Source: Octopus bimaculoides
Lineage: Eukaryota
Direction: 5' to 3'
DNA: 64,000 nucleotides
Assembly: GCF_001194135.2 (NCBI RefSeq)
Contig: NC_069006.1
Span: forward strand, 449,278-513,277
The notes under the pieces: generated by a model
Database searches by the model: none
What the model was told of the DNA's origin: nothing
What the model saw: the letters and a program-made list of their open reading frames with translations, nothing else
Part shown: positions 38,860 to 51,194 of the stretch, in pieces
Position numbering within the stretch: the first letter of the stretch is position 1
Layout of the letters: each line of letters begins with the position of its first letter
Translations under genes and position numbers: made by a program

Positions 38860-39128
38860 ATCGACCTCCATTTGGTCTGTTTTGCCGAAATTCCGCGAAC
38901 TTAAACCAACACGGCTGTAAAGCGGTGGACTGGGAGAGAAAATAGAAACACACACACACACACAAAGGCTTCCACACAGCACAGCTTTCGCCTACCAAAT
39001 TCATTTTCAATGCACTGGTTCCCAGGGGATATATTAGAAGGCACATACCTAAGGTGACACGCTGTGGAACTGAACTCAGAACCACGTAGTTGCAAAATGA
39101 GCTCTTAATCACTCAGCCTAAACACACG
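38860..39128 (-). mobile_element. SINE family B-like, decayed
   Basis: Minus-strand head with GGTTCTGAGTTCAGTTCC and cgtgtcaccttaggtatgtgccttct. Confidence 0.6.
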
Positions 39129-39478
39129 CACACAAACACACATATTCCGTACTATCTACTGATTGGAACCAGTTTTAGATACAAACATTTTCTGTTAAAG
39201 ATGTACGTTGGTATTTATCGATCTCTCTCTCTCCTCGCCAATCCATCCACACATCCGTCTGTCTGTCCACCTACCTTACCTATCCATATACTTCTCTCTA
39301 GCTGTCTGCATTTTTGAAATTTTCCATGTTCCTTACACCAAACAGTCATGTGCAGTTCCCTCCACTTAGTCAAGTAATATTCAAACTTACTACATCACTC
39401 CACTATCGATACAGGAAAAAAAGATTCCTGTTCTTCCCCATTCCGCCATCACTCTATTCATTTCCAAACATCCCAGTA

Positions 39479-39516
<38 letters not shown>

Positions 39517-39817
39517 GAATAATAATAATAATAATATTCTATATTTCATAAATTTAATTACTTTATATTCCGAGGTCGTTTCTTCAGGCTTTTCTGGCCA
39601 GACACACAGACACATTTCACAGTCATTAATAGAATTGTTTATCTTCCTTAATGGTGAGATTTTTAATTAATTAGCATTTTTTCGCTCAGTATATCAGGTA
39701 TGTTACTGGTGCAAATATATATATATATATACATTTATACATCCATCTATTTTTCTATGTTTCTGTCTCAATCTATTTATATATATAATATGAAACAAAA
39801 CATGAATAATTGTTTAT

Positions 39818-40221
39818 AGGCGCAAGCGTCACTGTGAGGTAAGAAGCTCGCTTCCCAACCACATGGTTTCGGGTTCAGCCCCACTGCGTGGCACCTTGAG
39901 CAAATGTCTTCTACTATAGCCTCGGACCGACCAAAGCCTTGTGAATGGATTTCGTAGACGGAAACTGAAAGACCGTCGTATATATGTATATATATATCTA
40001 TGTGCGTCTTTGTGTCGGTGTTTGTCTCCCCTACTACCGCTTGACAACCGATGTTGGTGTATTTGCGTCACCTTAACTTATCGGTTCGGCAAAAATGGAA
40101 TAAGTACCAATTTTAGGAAAGAAGTACTGGGATCGATTCATTCATTCGACTAAAAAAAATTCAAGGCGGTGCTCCAGCACGGCCGCAGTCCAATGACTGA
40201 AACAAGTAAAAGATAAAACGA
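39818..40221 (+). mobile_element. SINE family B (full length)
   Basis: Colinear with 19867-20252. Confidence 0.85.
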
Positions 40222-40889
40222 TATATATATATATATATATATATATGTGGGTGACCCCCTTCGCTCACCAATGACCATGGGGTTGCACCTAGAAAGTTAC
40301 CCTCCGAGGCACAAATCCGGGCAACAGTTGTATGCATATTTTCACACAAGCACACACCACCTAAGCACATATATATCGTTATGCCGAAGTAAGTTTGTTC
40401 CGGACTTCGACGTTCTGAGCTCAATTTTCTTGGCATTAACTTTCACTGACGCCCTTTTGGGCTCGGTAAAATAAAACACCAGACGTGAACGATTTAATCC
40501 ATTAACATATTACTCCCACACCAAACTGCTGGCTTTGTACGCAAATTGCATATATAATATAAACAACGGTTGTGATTCACTATTAAAGCCTTCTATCCTC
40601 CATTCTCGTGTTACATTATTCTTGTATTAATCTGATGCAAAGAGGAGATCCGCATGTGCATCCAACCCTGGAATATACCCAACTGTAGGTTAACGTGTTG
40701 TGGATAAATATCAACATCAGAGCTCTTAAGTGCACTTAACGAGGTTTTTACCCGAATTATACTCTACCTACCTACCCTCTCTCTCTCTATCTATATAAAA
40801 ACACAGACACACACATTTCTATATATATACACACATATACAGACACACACATACACAAATACACACACACACACACACAGATATATCTA

Positions 40890-40936
<47 letters not shown>

Positions 40937-41202
40937 NNNNNNNNNNNNNNNNNNNNNNNNNNNNNNNNNNNNNNNNNNNNNNNNNNNNNNNNNNNNNNNN
41001 NNNNNNNNNNNNNNNNNNNNNNNNNNNNNNNNNNNNNNNNNNNNNNNNNNNNNNNNNNNNNNNNNNNNNNNNNNNNNNNNNNNNNNNNNNNNNNNNNNNN
41101 NNNNNNNNNNNNNNNNNNNNNNNNNNNNNNNNNNNNNNNNNNNNNNNNNNNNNNNNNNNNNNNNNNNNNNNNNNNNNNNNNNNNNNNNNNNNNNNNNNNN
41201 NN

Positions 41203-41243
<41 letters not shown>

Positions 41244-41689
41244 TTGTTAGAATAACACATGCCATATACAATTAATAGATAATCCAGGAGAAAAATAGAT
41301 TGTATTAAAAGTCGGTTGTCATCAATTCTGTCTGTGTCTCTCAGTCTCTCTTTATATCTATCTGTCTATCTATCGACTCGCTCTTGTAATCTCAACCTCT
41401 ATCACCTCCCATCCACACGGCCACACGACTAACCCGTCGCCACCGCCAATCTCTTCGTTGTCTCGTTTCTCCTCCCACACACAAATATGGTTCAATATTG
41501 AGGAACGCAACCTTGTGGAACTGTTTGCAGGTCAGACAGTTGGGCGCTGAGGGGTGGAAGGTCACGTGTGTAACAATTGGAGTAAGAGGATCGAGAATGG
41601 AGGGAGGTACGGTGGAAGGCGGAGGGGGAGGAGATTATCTGACCGATAAAGGCGGCGGCAGCGATCGTGGCTTTGGTACTTTTGTTGCT

Positions 41690-42278
41690 CGCAGTGGTGG
41701 TGGTGGTGGTGGTGGTGATTAAACAACAGTTATTCGTGGTAGTTGTAATGATAGAAGTAGCGGTGGTGGTAGTGGTGGTGGTTGTGTTAGTTGTGGCATC
41801 AGTGGTAATAGTAAGGGTGTTATTGTTGAACTGAGGGTAGTAGAGGTCATGGTGGTGGTGGTGGTGGTGGTGGTGGTAGTGGTGTCATTGGTTATAGTAT
41901 GTCGGTAGTGTTGGCGGTTGTAGTGCTGGTGATGTTGCTGGTAGTGATGTTGAGTACAGTTGGGATGGTGGTGTAAGCAACAGTGCTGACTGCGCGGTGT
42001 TTGTGATGCAGTTTTCGTGTTAGTGGTGGTGGTGGTGGTAGTAGTCCTGTTGGCGGTGGTCATTGTTGTATTTGTGATGGTGGTGGTGGTGGTGGTGGTG
42101 ATAGTGGGTATTGTAGTGTTGGTAACGATGCTTTTAATTGTAGTGTATTAAGAGTAGTAGAGGCGGTAGTAGTGATGGTGCCAGCGGCTATGGTGTTACT
42201 TTTGGCGATGATGATGCTACAGCTGGTAGCATGCTGATAATAGTGAAAGCACTGGTAATGACAATAGCATTGTTGTTG

Positions 42279-42309
<31 letters not shown>

Positions 42310-42330
42310 CGGTGTTGGTGGTAGTGATTA
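41690..42330. repeat. GGT/AGT/TGA trinucleotide tract
   Basis: Directly visible. Confidence 0.9.
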
Positions 42331-42424
42331 TTAAAATAAAACACCAATAAAGTACTGGAGTCGATGTCACCGGCTTTCACCGACCCCTCAAAATTACTCG
42401 GCTTCTGCTGCAGTTTTGCTGAAC

Positions 42425-42687
42425 CCTGCAGAATCGTGAAGGACGCCGGGTTAAAATGTTTTAGCGGTATTTCGTTAGTCTTTAAGTTCTGAGATCAAAT
42501 TTTGCCGGGTCGATAAAATAAGTACCAGCATAACACTGGAGTCGATGTAACCAACTTAACCCCTCCCCTGAAGTTGTTGACCTTCTGCCAGAATTTGAAA
42601 CCACTAATTGGCAGAGTCGTTAGCACGCCGGGTGAAATGCTTAGCGGTGGTATTTCATTTGCTGCTACGTTCTGAGTTTAAATTCCA
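42425..42687 (+). mobile_element. Two SINE family A copies (second 3'-truncated at the mariner)
   Basis: Family A heads at about 42425 and about 42608. Confidence 0.75.
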
Positions 42688-43938
42688 TTTTGGAATTTAT
42701 TGCGTTTTTAAATTTTGGAATCTATTTTTTTTTTTTCGAGAATTCTATTTTTGAATCATTTTGGAATCTATTTTGTTTTTTTGTTTTTTTTTTCTAGTTA
42801 ATTTTAGTTAAATTTTATTTATTTTCAGATCATTAAACTGGAATGTCAAGTTAAGAAAAACGAGCATTTTCGAAACCTCTTTCTTTTTACTTTTAATCTA
42901 GGTTCTAAGGCCGCAAAAGCTGCTCGTGACATTTGTGCTGTGTATGAAGAGGGTACCATAGCTGAAATAACCGGTCGTGATTGGTAGGCCAAGTTCAAAT
43001 TTGGAAATTTTGACCACAAAGACACACCTCATTCTGGCTGCCCAGTTGAGTTCGATGAAGAGCGATTAAACCAACTTTTGCACGAAAATTCTCGTCAAAC
43101 GACAAGGGAACTGGCAGAGAAAATGAAATGTTCCCTCACTGCTATAGAGAAGCATCTTCACTCGATGGGAAAGGGTCAGAAGTCTGGAGCATGGGTTCCG
43201 CATGCTTCAAGTGACAACAACAAAATTCAACAAGCCACAATCTCCGCTGGTTTGCTTGCTCGTCACCGCTCAACTCATGGACACAAGCAACGATTTCTTT
43301 ACCGAATCGTTACTGGCGACGAAAAATGGTGCCTGTACATCAATATGAAGCAGCGTAAGGAATGGCTTAGCCCCGGTAAACAAGCGACACTGCGCCTGAA
43401 ACAAGATCTTCATCCGCATAAAACGATGTTGTGCGTATGGTGGGACTGGGAAGGGATTATCCATTACGAATTGCTTGAACGGAACCAAACGGTCAACGCA
43501 GAACTATGTTCAACAGATGGAACAACTCAACACGGCTATTCAAGAGGAAAGACCTAATCGGCAGCATGGAGTTCTCCTGCTGCACGACAACGCCCGCCCT
43601 CATATCGCCAATATGACCAAAGAAGCTATTCAAACGCATGGCTGGGAAGTGCTGCCACACCCACCGTAATCTCCTGATTTGGCACCAACGGATTTCCACC
43701 TCTTTCGATCTCTTTCAAATGCTATGCGCGGAGTTTCGTTAAATACTGTTGCTGCATTAAGAGCTTGGTTGGATCAAATTTTCGAGTCGAAATCGGTATT
43801 GAAAATCTTGTTGAACGTTGGGAAGAAGTTGTAAACAACAAAGGTGAATACATTATTGATTAATTAGTTATGTTTTATTAAACCTTTTAAAAATTAACAT
43901 TTTTTTTAAATGGCGGGAACGTAATTGCCAACCCAATA
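42688..43938 (+). mobile_element. Near-full-length mariner (D,D34D; mellifera-like), pseudogenised
   Basis: Transposase 42838-43863 with WVPH, RIVTGDEKW, HDNARPH, PP*SPDLAPTD and RWEEVVNNKGEYIID*; 34 residues separate D2 and D3. Start is ATG>CTG, with two nonsense codons and a frameshift near 43505. The right TIR ends ...gtaattgccaacccaaTA at 43938; most of the left TIR is missing. Confidence 0.95.
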
Positions 43939-44021
43939 TTTCTGGCTGTGCTAGGCGAACGTTGCACGCTCGCTAAAGATGGCAAATATGGTAAATATAC
44001 ATTTACGAGGCTATTTTCATT

Positions 44022-44098
<77 letters not shown>

Positions 44099-44529
44099 AC
44101 CTGTTTAATAGGTTTTGTGTAATTGATGCACTAAACATGCCCTGGAAGAAGGACCGAAAGACCGTTCGTGCAATCGTTGAAATAATATTTAATAATCGCA
44201 TCGCAATATACTTAATGAATGTTGTGATTAAATACAAGCTCTGCTGGGGGTAGATTTAATAAATATGTGTTTAATAGGGTCTTGCTATGCGTTCCCACAT
44301 CGAGACTTGTGCTGCCCTCTCACTAAAGGTAGCCAACTCATAATAAATATTAAGTTCCCTCAAAAATTCGTTCACGGATCATATTTGGAATCTAATTTTT
44401 CTGTTTTTGTTCCATGTTTCGAAATATCGTGGTTGTGTCAGTTGCTTTATACGGACGTATCTACACATTAGAACCAGTTGTACCATGGTAGATAACCGGG
44501 TGGATAAGGGGAATGATGGGAAAGGGACG

Positions 44530-44830
44530 AGAAAAGAAATGTATGAAAGACAGAGAGAGAGGGAGAGAGAAGAGAGGGAGAGAGGTGAGTGAGAGAGAGA
44601 GAGAGAGAAAGAGAAATAAAGAGAGTGAGTGGGGAAAGAAAGAAAATGTATGAAAGATAGACAGAAACAAAAAGAAAGAGTGAAAGAGAGAGCGAGAAAA
44701 AGAGGGAGAGAATAGAGAAAAGGAGAGAAAGAAAGGAGAAAAAGAGAATAAAGAGAGAAGGAAAGAGAGAGAGAGGGGAACAGAAGATAGATAAACAGAT
44801 AGAGAGAGATAAAGAGAGAGAGAGAAAGAG
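44530..44830. repeat. Polypurine (GA-rich) tract
   Basis: Directly visible. A similar tract lies at 48820-49165. Confidence 0.85.
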
Positions 44831-45599
44831 TATGAAAAGAGTTTCTGAAGTTTGAGCGATTTTCCTGCTGCACACATTTCGTGTTCGTTTCCATGACAAC
44901 AAATTGGTAGAAAGAAACACTAGTTAAACTGTAGGAGTTTTTCAGCCAGTGTTTCGGTCCTTAACTCCTTACACTCTAAGCGGGTCGAGGGCCGCATCCG
45001 GCCCACGATTTCAAAATACGCTTCTGTTGCCGTATTTTGCATAGTGTTTGCGTTTTAACATGGGTGGTCAGGCGCCCCAGAACCACAATATCTTATCTTG
45101 TATGGGTAACCAGTTTAATCTGAGACAAAAATTATTGTCATCTACTAGAAATTATAGTCATGTACTAAAAACATTCGTGTAGTAGATACTATGGTCGTAT
45201 ACTAGCAAGGTAAAAATTAGTTTTCTTCAAGAAACCGTCGTAAATGCTAAAAATAGTAGCCATTTACATTGTCCTGTAATGGAAAAGAATGGTGTATGCT
45301 AACGATCATAGCCTTGAATCGATAAAATGTTGGTCCTGTTCTAAAAAATATAGTGATGCATCTTCCAAAACGTAGGGACTTTTGGAGCAGAGTATTCTAG
45401 ATAAGCTATGCTCGGAAGAAAAGTAGAAATGATCACGGCCGCACAGGATGTTGATCGTAAGTCTACAGTTTGAGTTGATCTACAACTAAAAACGGAAAAA
45501 ACAATAACAACAAATAACAACAGCAACAACAATATAAACGGCTCTTCGCTCCATATTTAAAAAAATAATACAATCTTGTAACCGCATACGGTCTTCCAT

Positions 45600-45741
45600 C
45601 AGCTTAGATGTTGGAGTGATCGTAGAGCAACAAGAAATGAAGTGTTTTTGCCTAAGAACACAACTCACCACCCGGTCTAGGAATGAAACCACAATCCCAC
45701 GATCGTGAGTGCAACACCCTAACCAGAAGGCCATGCACACT
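45600..45741 (-). mobile_element. SINE family C 5' part
   Basis: Minus-strand head tggccttctggttagggtgttgcactcacgatcg...ctagaccgggtggtg. Confidence 0.7.
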
Positions 45742-45796
45742 CACAACCAGCTTACATACTCTCACCCTATGAGGTATACTCCTTTGCCAGGCTATA

Positions 45797-46020
45797 TACG
45801 AGTGGGTACTGAAAACTTCCTGGTTTTAAGGATATCGCGAAGGGCCTGGTTGGAGGCCCAACCTACCGAGTTCTTTTACAGGGCTTAGAAAAACTGAAGG
45901 ACCACTGCAGAAAGTGTGTGAATCTCAGAGGGGAATATGTTGAATAAAATCATAATTAATTGATCCACCTGCATTTTATTTTTATTTTTTAAGCCCAAAA
46001 TATTTCAGCACTCCCTCGTA
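45797..46020 (+). mobile_element. mariner-derived MITE (224 bp)
   Basis: TA|cgagtgggtactgaaaacttcctgg...cccaaaatatttcagcactccctcg|TA form TIRs. The interior keeps only the transposase C-terminus (WLEAQPTEF...KCVNLRGEYVE*). Confidence 0.85.
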
Positions 46021-46364
46021 CTCCTGCATTATTATATATACTCTTTCATCAACATACATACTCCAACACCAGCTCACATACTCATTTCCTAGGCAAATTT
46101 GTTTTCGTAATGGAAATCTTGTAACTGAACCAACCAACCAACCAACAACGCCAACATAAAATAAATAAATAAATAAATAAGCAGAAAATATTTGGCAACG
46201 AAGTGTATTATTTGGAGAGGTCACGAGTGGAAACATAAGAAGGATAGTAAACAAGACAGATGTATTATCTAAATATCAAAACACTGCCATTTAGAATGGA
46301 AACAGCTTCTTCAAAGAACGGTAAACAGAGACACCTGGATGTAATCATCTGAGTCAGCAAATTC

Positions 46365-46448
<84 letters not shown>

Positions 46449-46945
46449 GACACACACACACACTCAAACTCCTACACACACTCTCTGGGTGAAGTGGATC
46501 TCCCATCGTTTTACTGAATTTCCTCCTCCTGAAGTAACGGGTATGTGGCTGAGTATTCCACGGTCACACGTGTACCATAAACCAAATTCTCAGGCAGAAT
46601 CAGTGACACAGTATGTTTGATACGAATGTACCTTTTTGAATTACGGATGCAAGTCATCCGACGAATACAGTTTTCTTACTCATAAAGTATGGACGAACCC
46701 AGGATTCTGCGCAGAGAAACCGAAACCGAGGACCCCGTGATTCCGAAGCGAACAGTTTGTTGATTTGACGATGCTGCATCTCCATACACATAAGATTACA
46801 CACACAGGTACACGCACATCAAGCAAAAAAACAAAAACAAAACAAAACAAAAGGTTCCACCTGTATTATTGACAGGGAGTCAATTCGGAACACCTTCCAA
46901 CCAACCTCGTACCCAGTTCATCTGTCTCCTCATTCTGTTGGCAAC

Positions 46946-47202
46946 AAAAGGTTTCTCTCTCTCTCAGAGTGAAAGGCAGATTATATAATGCTTGGGTATG
47001 TCATCGATAAGGACTAATGACAAACCTAGCTGACTGACTGATTGATTGACAGAACGGTTAATCAATGGTTAACAAACTGACAAATAATTATTAAAGAAGT
47101 GAAATAAAACCAGTGCGAGTGTTTGTTATTGGTGTTATCATCACTCAAGATACAAAAAGATTATGGTTCCCATCAAGAATCTTGCAAATCAAACAAAATA
47201 AA

Positions 47203-47239
<37 letters not shown>

Positions 47240-47740
47240 AGTGAAAGATAGATTGTATGATTCTTGCGTATGTCATTGATGAGGTCACGAATGGCAACGA
47301 AAGACCTTTGACAAACCCAGCTAATTACTTGGCTGATTGACTGACAGAATGATTAATCAAATGATATATTAATTAATTGGTTAAATGGTTGACCAATTGA
47401 CAAATACAGATAAAGTGAAGTAGAACCAGTGCGCAACCCCAGGGCTATATACAAACTCCATCGTTTCAGCGGTGTAGGACCTGGAAACCAAGTGACAGAC
47501 AGACAGATAAACAGACCTACAACAAATCTGAAGTAAAGATGGTGTCGTTGATGAAGTCGTGAACGGTGAAGAAAGGACTTTGATTAATCTGATTGTTAAA
47601 CCGACCGATGAATGAAACAGTCGATTAATTAATTAATTAGTTAAATAGTCAATCAATAGATAAAAAGTAATTAAGAAGTGAAACAGAACCAGTGCGTGTG
47701 TTTATTATTGGCATCATGACTCTCCCGAGAAAAACAAAAA
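46946..47740. repeat. Three diverged ~200-250-bp tandem units
   Basis: Shared tgtc.tt/cgat.a.g ... aagtgaa..agaaccagtgcg motifs at about 46950-47160, 47200-47440 and 47540-47740. Confidence 0.7.
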
Positions 47741-48063
47741 ACAAACAATATGATTCAACACACGTGTTCAAATGCAAAATATAAAGGAACAATTTGACAG
47801 CAAAAATGTTTGATAAAAAACTATGTAGGAAGCTAGTCTTTATATCATTTTATTCCTACATCATCGTGGTCTCTCCCTCGTTGGATAGAAAACCTAAAAT
47901 TATTTCTTCCCAACAAGTCTTGAAATATTAAGACTGGCTTTTATAGAATTAATTAATAAACGGTATGACGTGTTATATAATTAATATCAATCACTAAATA
48001 GCAACTATCTATCTACACTACTTGGTGATTAATTCGGGATAATAACTGATATAGGATATTTAG

Positions 48064-48108
<45 letters not shown>

Positions 48109-48891
48109 CGATGTGTTGCACGTGCAAAAGGACGTTCCGTGAGAAAAGAGAGGATGGAGGAAAGGAAGCGGATCGGAAGGCGGAAGGAAACGGCAGAAAC
48201 ATCAATGAAATGATGAGATGAAGGAGAGAATGTGTAGATGATGACGATGATGATGGTCACGGTGGTGGTGATGGCGAGTGACGATGGCGTGATGATGATG
48301 ATGATGATGATGATGAAAGTGGTGATAATGATGTATTGCGATGGCGGTGAAGGTAATTATGTCGTAAACGCTGATAGTGATGGGTATGAGGATAATTATG
48401 GTGGTGGTGGTGGTGATGGTGATGATGATGATGATAATGGTAGTGGTGGTGGTGATGATGGTGATGATGATGATGATGGTAGTGGTGGTGGTGGTGGTGG
48501 TGATGGTTATTGTAATGATTATTATTATAATGACAACGATAGTGATGATGGTGGTTTTTGATGTTGAAAAGAAGGAAGTTGGTGATGATGATGAGGAGGA
48601 GGAGGAGGAGGAGAAAGAGACTGTACTGTGATGATGGTGAGAGGGTAGTTATGCCAGAAACCGGTGATGGCGATGGTTATGATGATGATGATGATCATGA
48701 TCATGAAAGCGATGATAATAACGATTATGATGATGGTTATGATGACGGTGATGATGATGAAGGTGGTGTGATGGTGACCAAGAAATACTCTTTACGTTCG
48801 TCCAAGAAACAAAAGAGGAAAAGAGAGACAAAGAGAGAGGGAGGAAAAAGAAAGGAGAGAAGAGGAAGTGAGAGAGAGAGGGTGATAGAAA

Positions 48892-48928
<37 letters not shown>

Positions 48929-49299
48929 TAAAAGAAACAAGGAATGAGAGAGACAGATAGAAAGAGAGGGGAGGAAAAGAAAGGAGAGAAAGAGGGAGTG
49001 AGAGAGTGAGATAGAAAGAGGGAAAAAGGAGAGAAAGAGGGAGTGAGAGAGAGATAGAAAGAGGGAGTGAGAGAGGAGGAAGAGAGAGAGGGAGTGAGAG
49101 AGGAGGAAGAGAGAGAGGGAGGGAAAAGAAAGGAGAGAAAGAGGGAGTGATAGAGTGAGAGTAAGAGGCGTTGATTTTCTTCAGGGTTACAAAATATATT
49201 GAATGGCAGATTTTTAAAAGCAAAACGACATCCAACTGAAGTTAGAGTCCAGTCTTTTAAGCCTAGGCTCTATCTTCTTAGTATAACTGCATGCATACG

Positions 49300-49681
49300 T
49301 TTCGTTATATTCTTTATCTTTTACTTGTTTCGGTCACCAAGCTGCGATCATGCTAGGGGCACCGGTTGAAGGGTTTTAGTCGAACAAACCGGCACTAGTA
49401 CTGACTGCTTGTTCTATCGGTCGCACTTGCCGGATCGCTAATTTATGGGGACGTAAACAAACCAAAAGCGGTTGTTAATCGATAAACACACACTCACACA
49501 CACACACACACACGACATGGCTATGTGGTAAGAAGCTTGTTTCCCAACCATATGGTTCTGGGTTCAGTTCCACTGTGTGGCACCTTGGGCAAGGGTCTTT
49601 TATTATAGCCGACCAAACCCTTGTGAGTGGATATGGTAAACGGGAACTGAAAAGAAGCCTGTCGTGTATATATATATGTGT
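49300..49681. mobile_element. SINE B 3' half (minus) abutting SINE B 5' half (plus)
   Basis: 49300-49480 is the minus-strand 3' half; 49515-49681 is the plus-strand 5' half running into a gap. Confidence 0.75.
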
Positions 49682-51194
49682 NNNNNNNNNNNNNNNNNNN
49701 NNNNNNNNNNNNNNNNNNNNNNNNNNNNNNNNNNNNNNNNNNNNNNNNNNNNNNNNNNNNNNNNNNNNNNNNNNNNNNNNNNNNNNNNNNNNNNNNNNNN
49801 NNNNNNNNNNNNNNNNNNNNNNNNNNNNNNNNNNNNNNNNNNNNNNNNNNNNNNNNNNNNNNNNNNNNNNNNNNNNNNNNNNNNNNNNNNNNNNNNNNNN
49901 NNNNNNNNNNNNNNNNNNNNNNNNNNNNNNNNNNNNNNNNNNNNNNNNNNNNNNNNNNNNNNNNNNNNNNNNNNNNNNNNNNNNNNNNNNNNNNNNNNNN
50001 NNNNNNNNNNNNNNNNNNNNNNNNNNNNNNNNNNNNNNNNNNNNNNNNNNNNNNNNNNNNNNNNNNNNNNNNNNNNNNNNNNNNNNNNNNNNNNNNNNNN
50101 NNNNNNNNNNNNNNNNNNNNNNNNNNNNNNNNNNNNNNNNNNNNNNNNNNNNNNNNNNNNNNNNNNNNNNNNNNNNNNNNNNNNNNNNNNNNNNNNNNNN
50201 NNNNNNNNNNNNNNNNNNNNNNNNNNNNNNNNNNNNNNNNNNNNNNNNNNNNNNNNNNNNNNNNNNNNNNNNNNNNNNNNNNNNNNNNNNNNNNNNNNNN
50301 NNNNNNNNNNNNNNNNNNNNNNNNNNNNNNNNNNNNNNNNNNNNNAGTGAATTAAGAAACAGTAGCGTCACCTCCTTGCTGTTCAATAAATAGCCAGCCG
50401 TAACCACCTCTCAACGTCACCAGATCTCTAATAAAGTTTATAATCAAGGACACACCACTGAGACTGGGTGTCCGCCGCCGCCGTCTTTCGCACCTCATTC
50501 CGTCAACTCACGCGAGAATTATTGCTTTTGTATTCATCAGTGAAAAGCACAAAACATTAAACACAAACACACACTGCTTCTCTCTCTTTCTTTGTTTGAA
50601 AGTGAGAACACAACACACACACACAGCCTCTCTCTCTCTCTCTCTCCATACACACACACACATATATATATGCACATATATGTACATACGTGTCAACGTA
50701 TGTATGTAAGTAGGTATGTGTTTGTATGTGTGTTTATATATGTATCCGTTTGTGTGCGTACACACACACACACACAAATACTAAGAGAGACACACATACT
50801 ATTTGTATTCGTCTGCATAATGTTTGTATATTCTTTATTTTACACGTGGACCGCGTTGCTAAAGATTTCTAGAATTCGCTTGGCACTTGAGAACTTTTTC
50901 TTCTTCCTCCTCCTCCTCCCTCACTACTATCAGTACTTCCCCACCCTTTCCTCAGTAATACCATCCTTTGTCTAAAATGCAATCGTGGTTTTTAATTTCT
51001 TCTCTATACCATTCTGTCTTCAAACCCCCACCGGATACAACGTTGACTAACCCCCTTCCTGCAGGCAATGAAATTTAGTATCAGTTATATACTGTGGGAA
51101 GGTTCAGTAAATCACCTTTACACTACCCTGGATTGATTTCTCTTCTGATGGTCTCTTTCAGAAATCGGTATTTAGTCCGGCATTGTAAAGACTT

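Noticed and set aside
41461-41550. Protein-looking peptide WFNIEERNLVELFA before ag|gtcaga
   Set aside because: There is no in-frame ATG or nearby acceptor AG.
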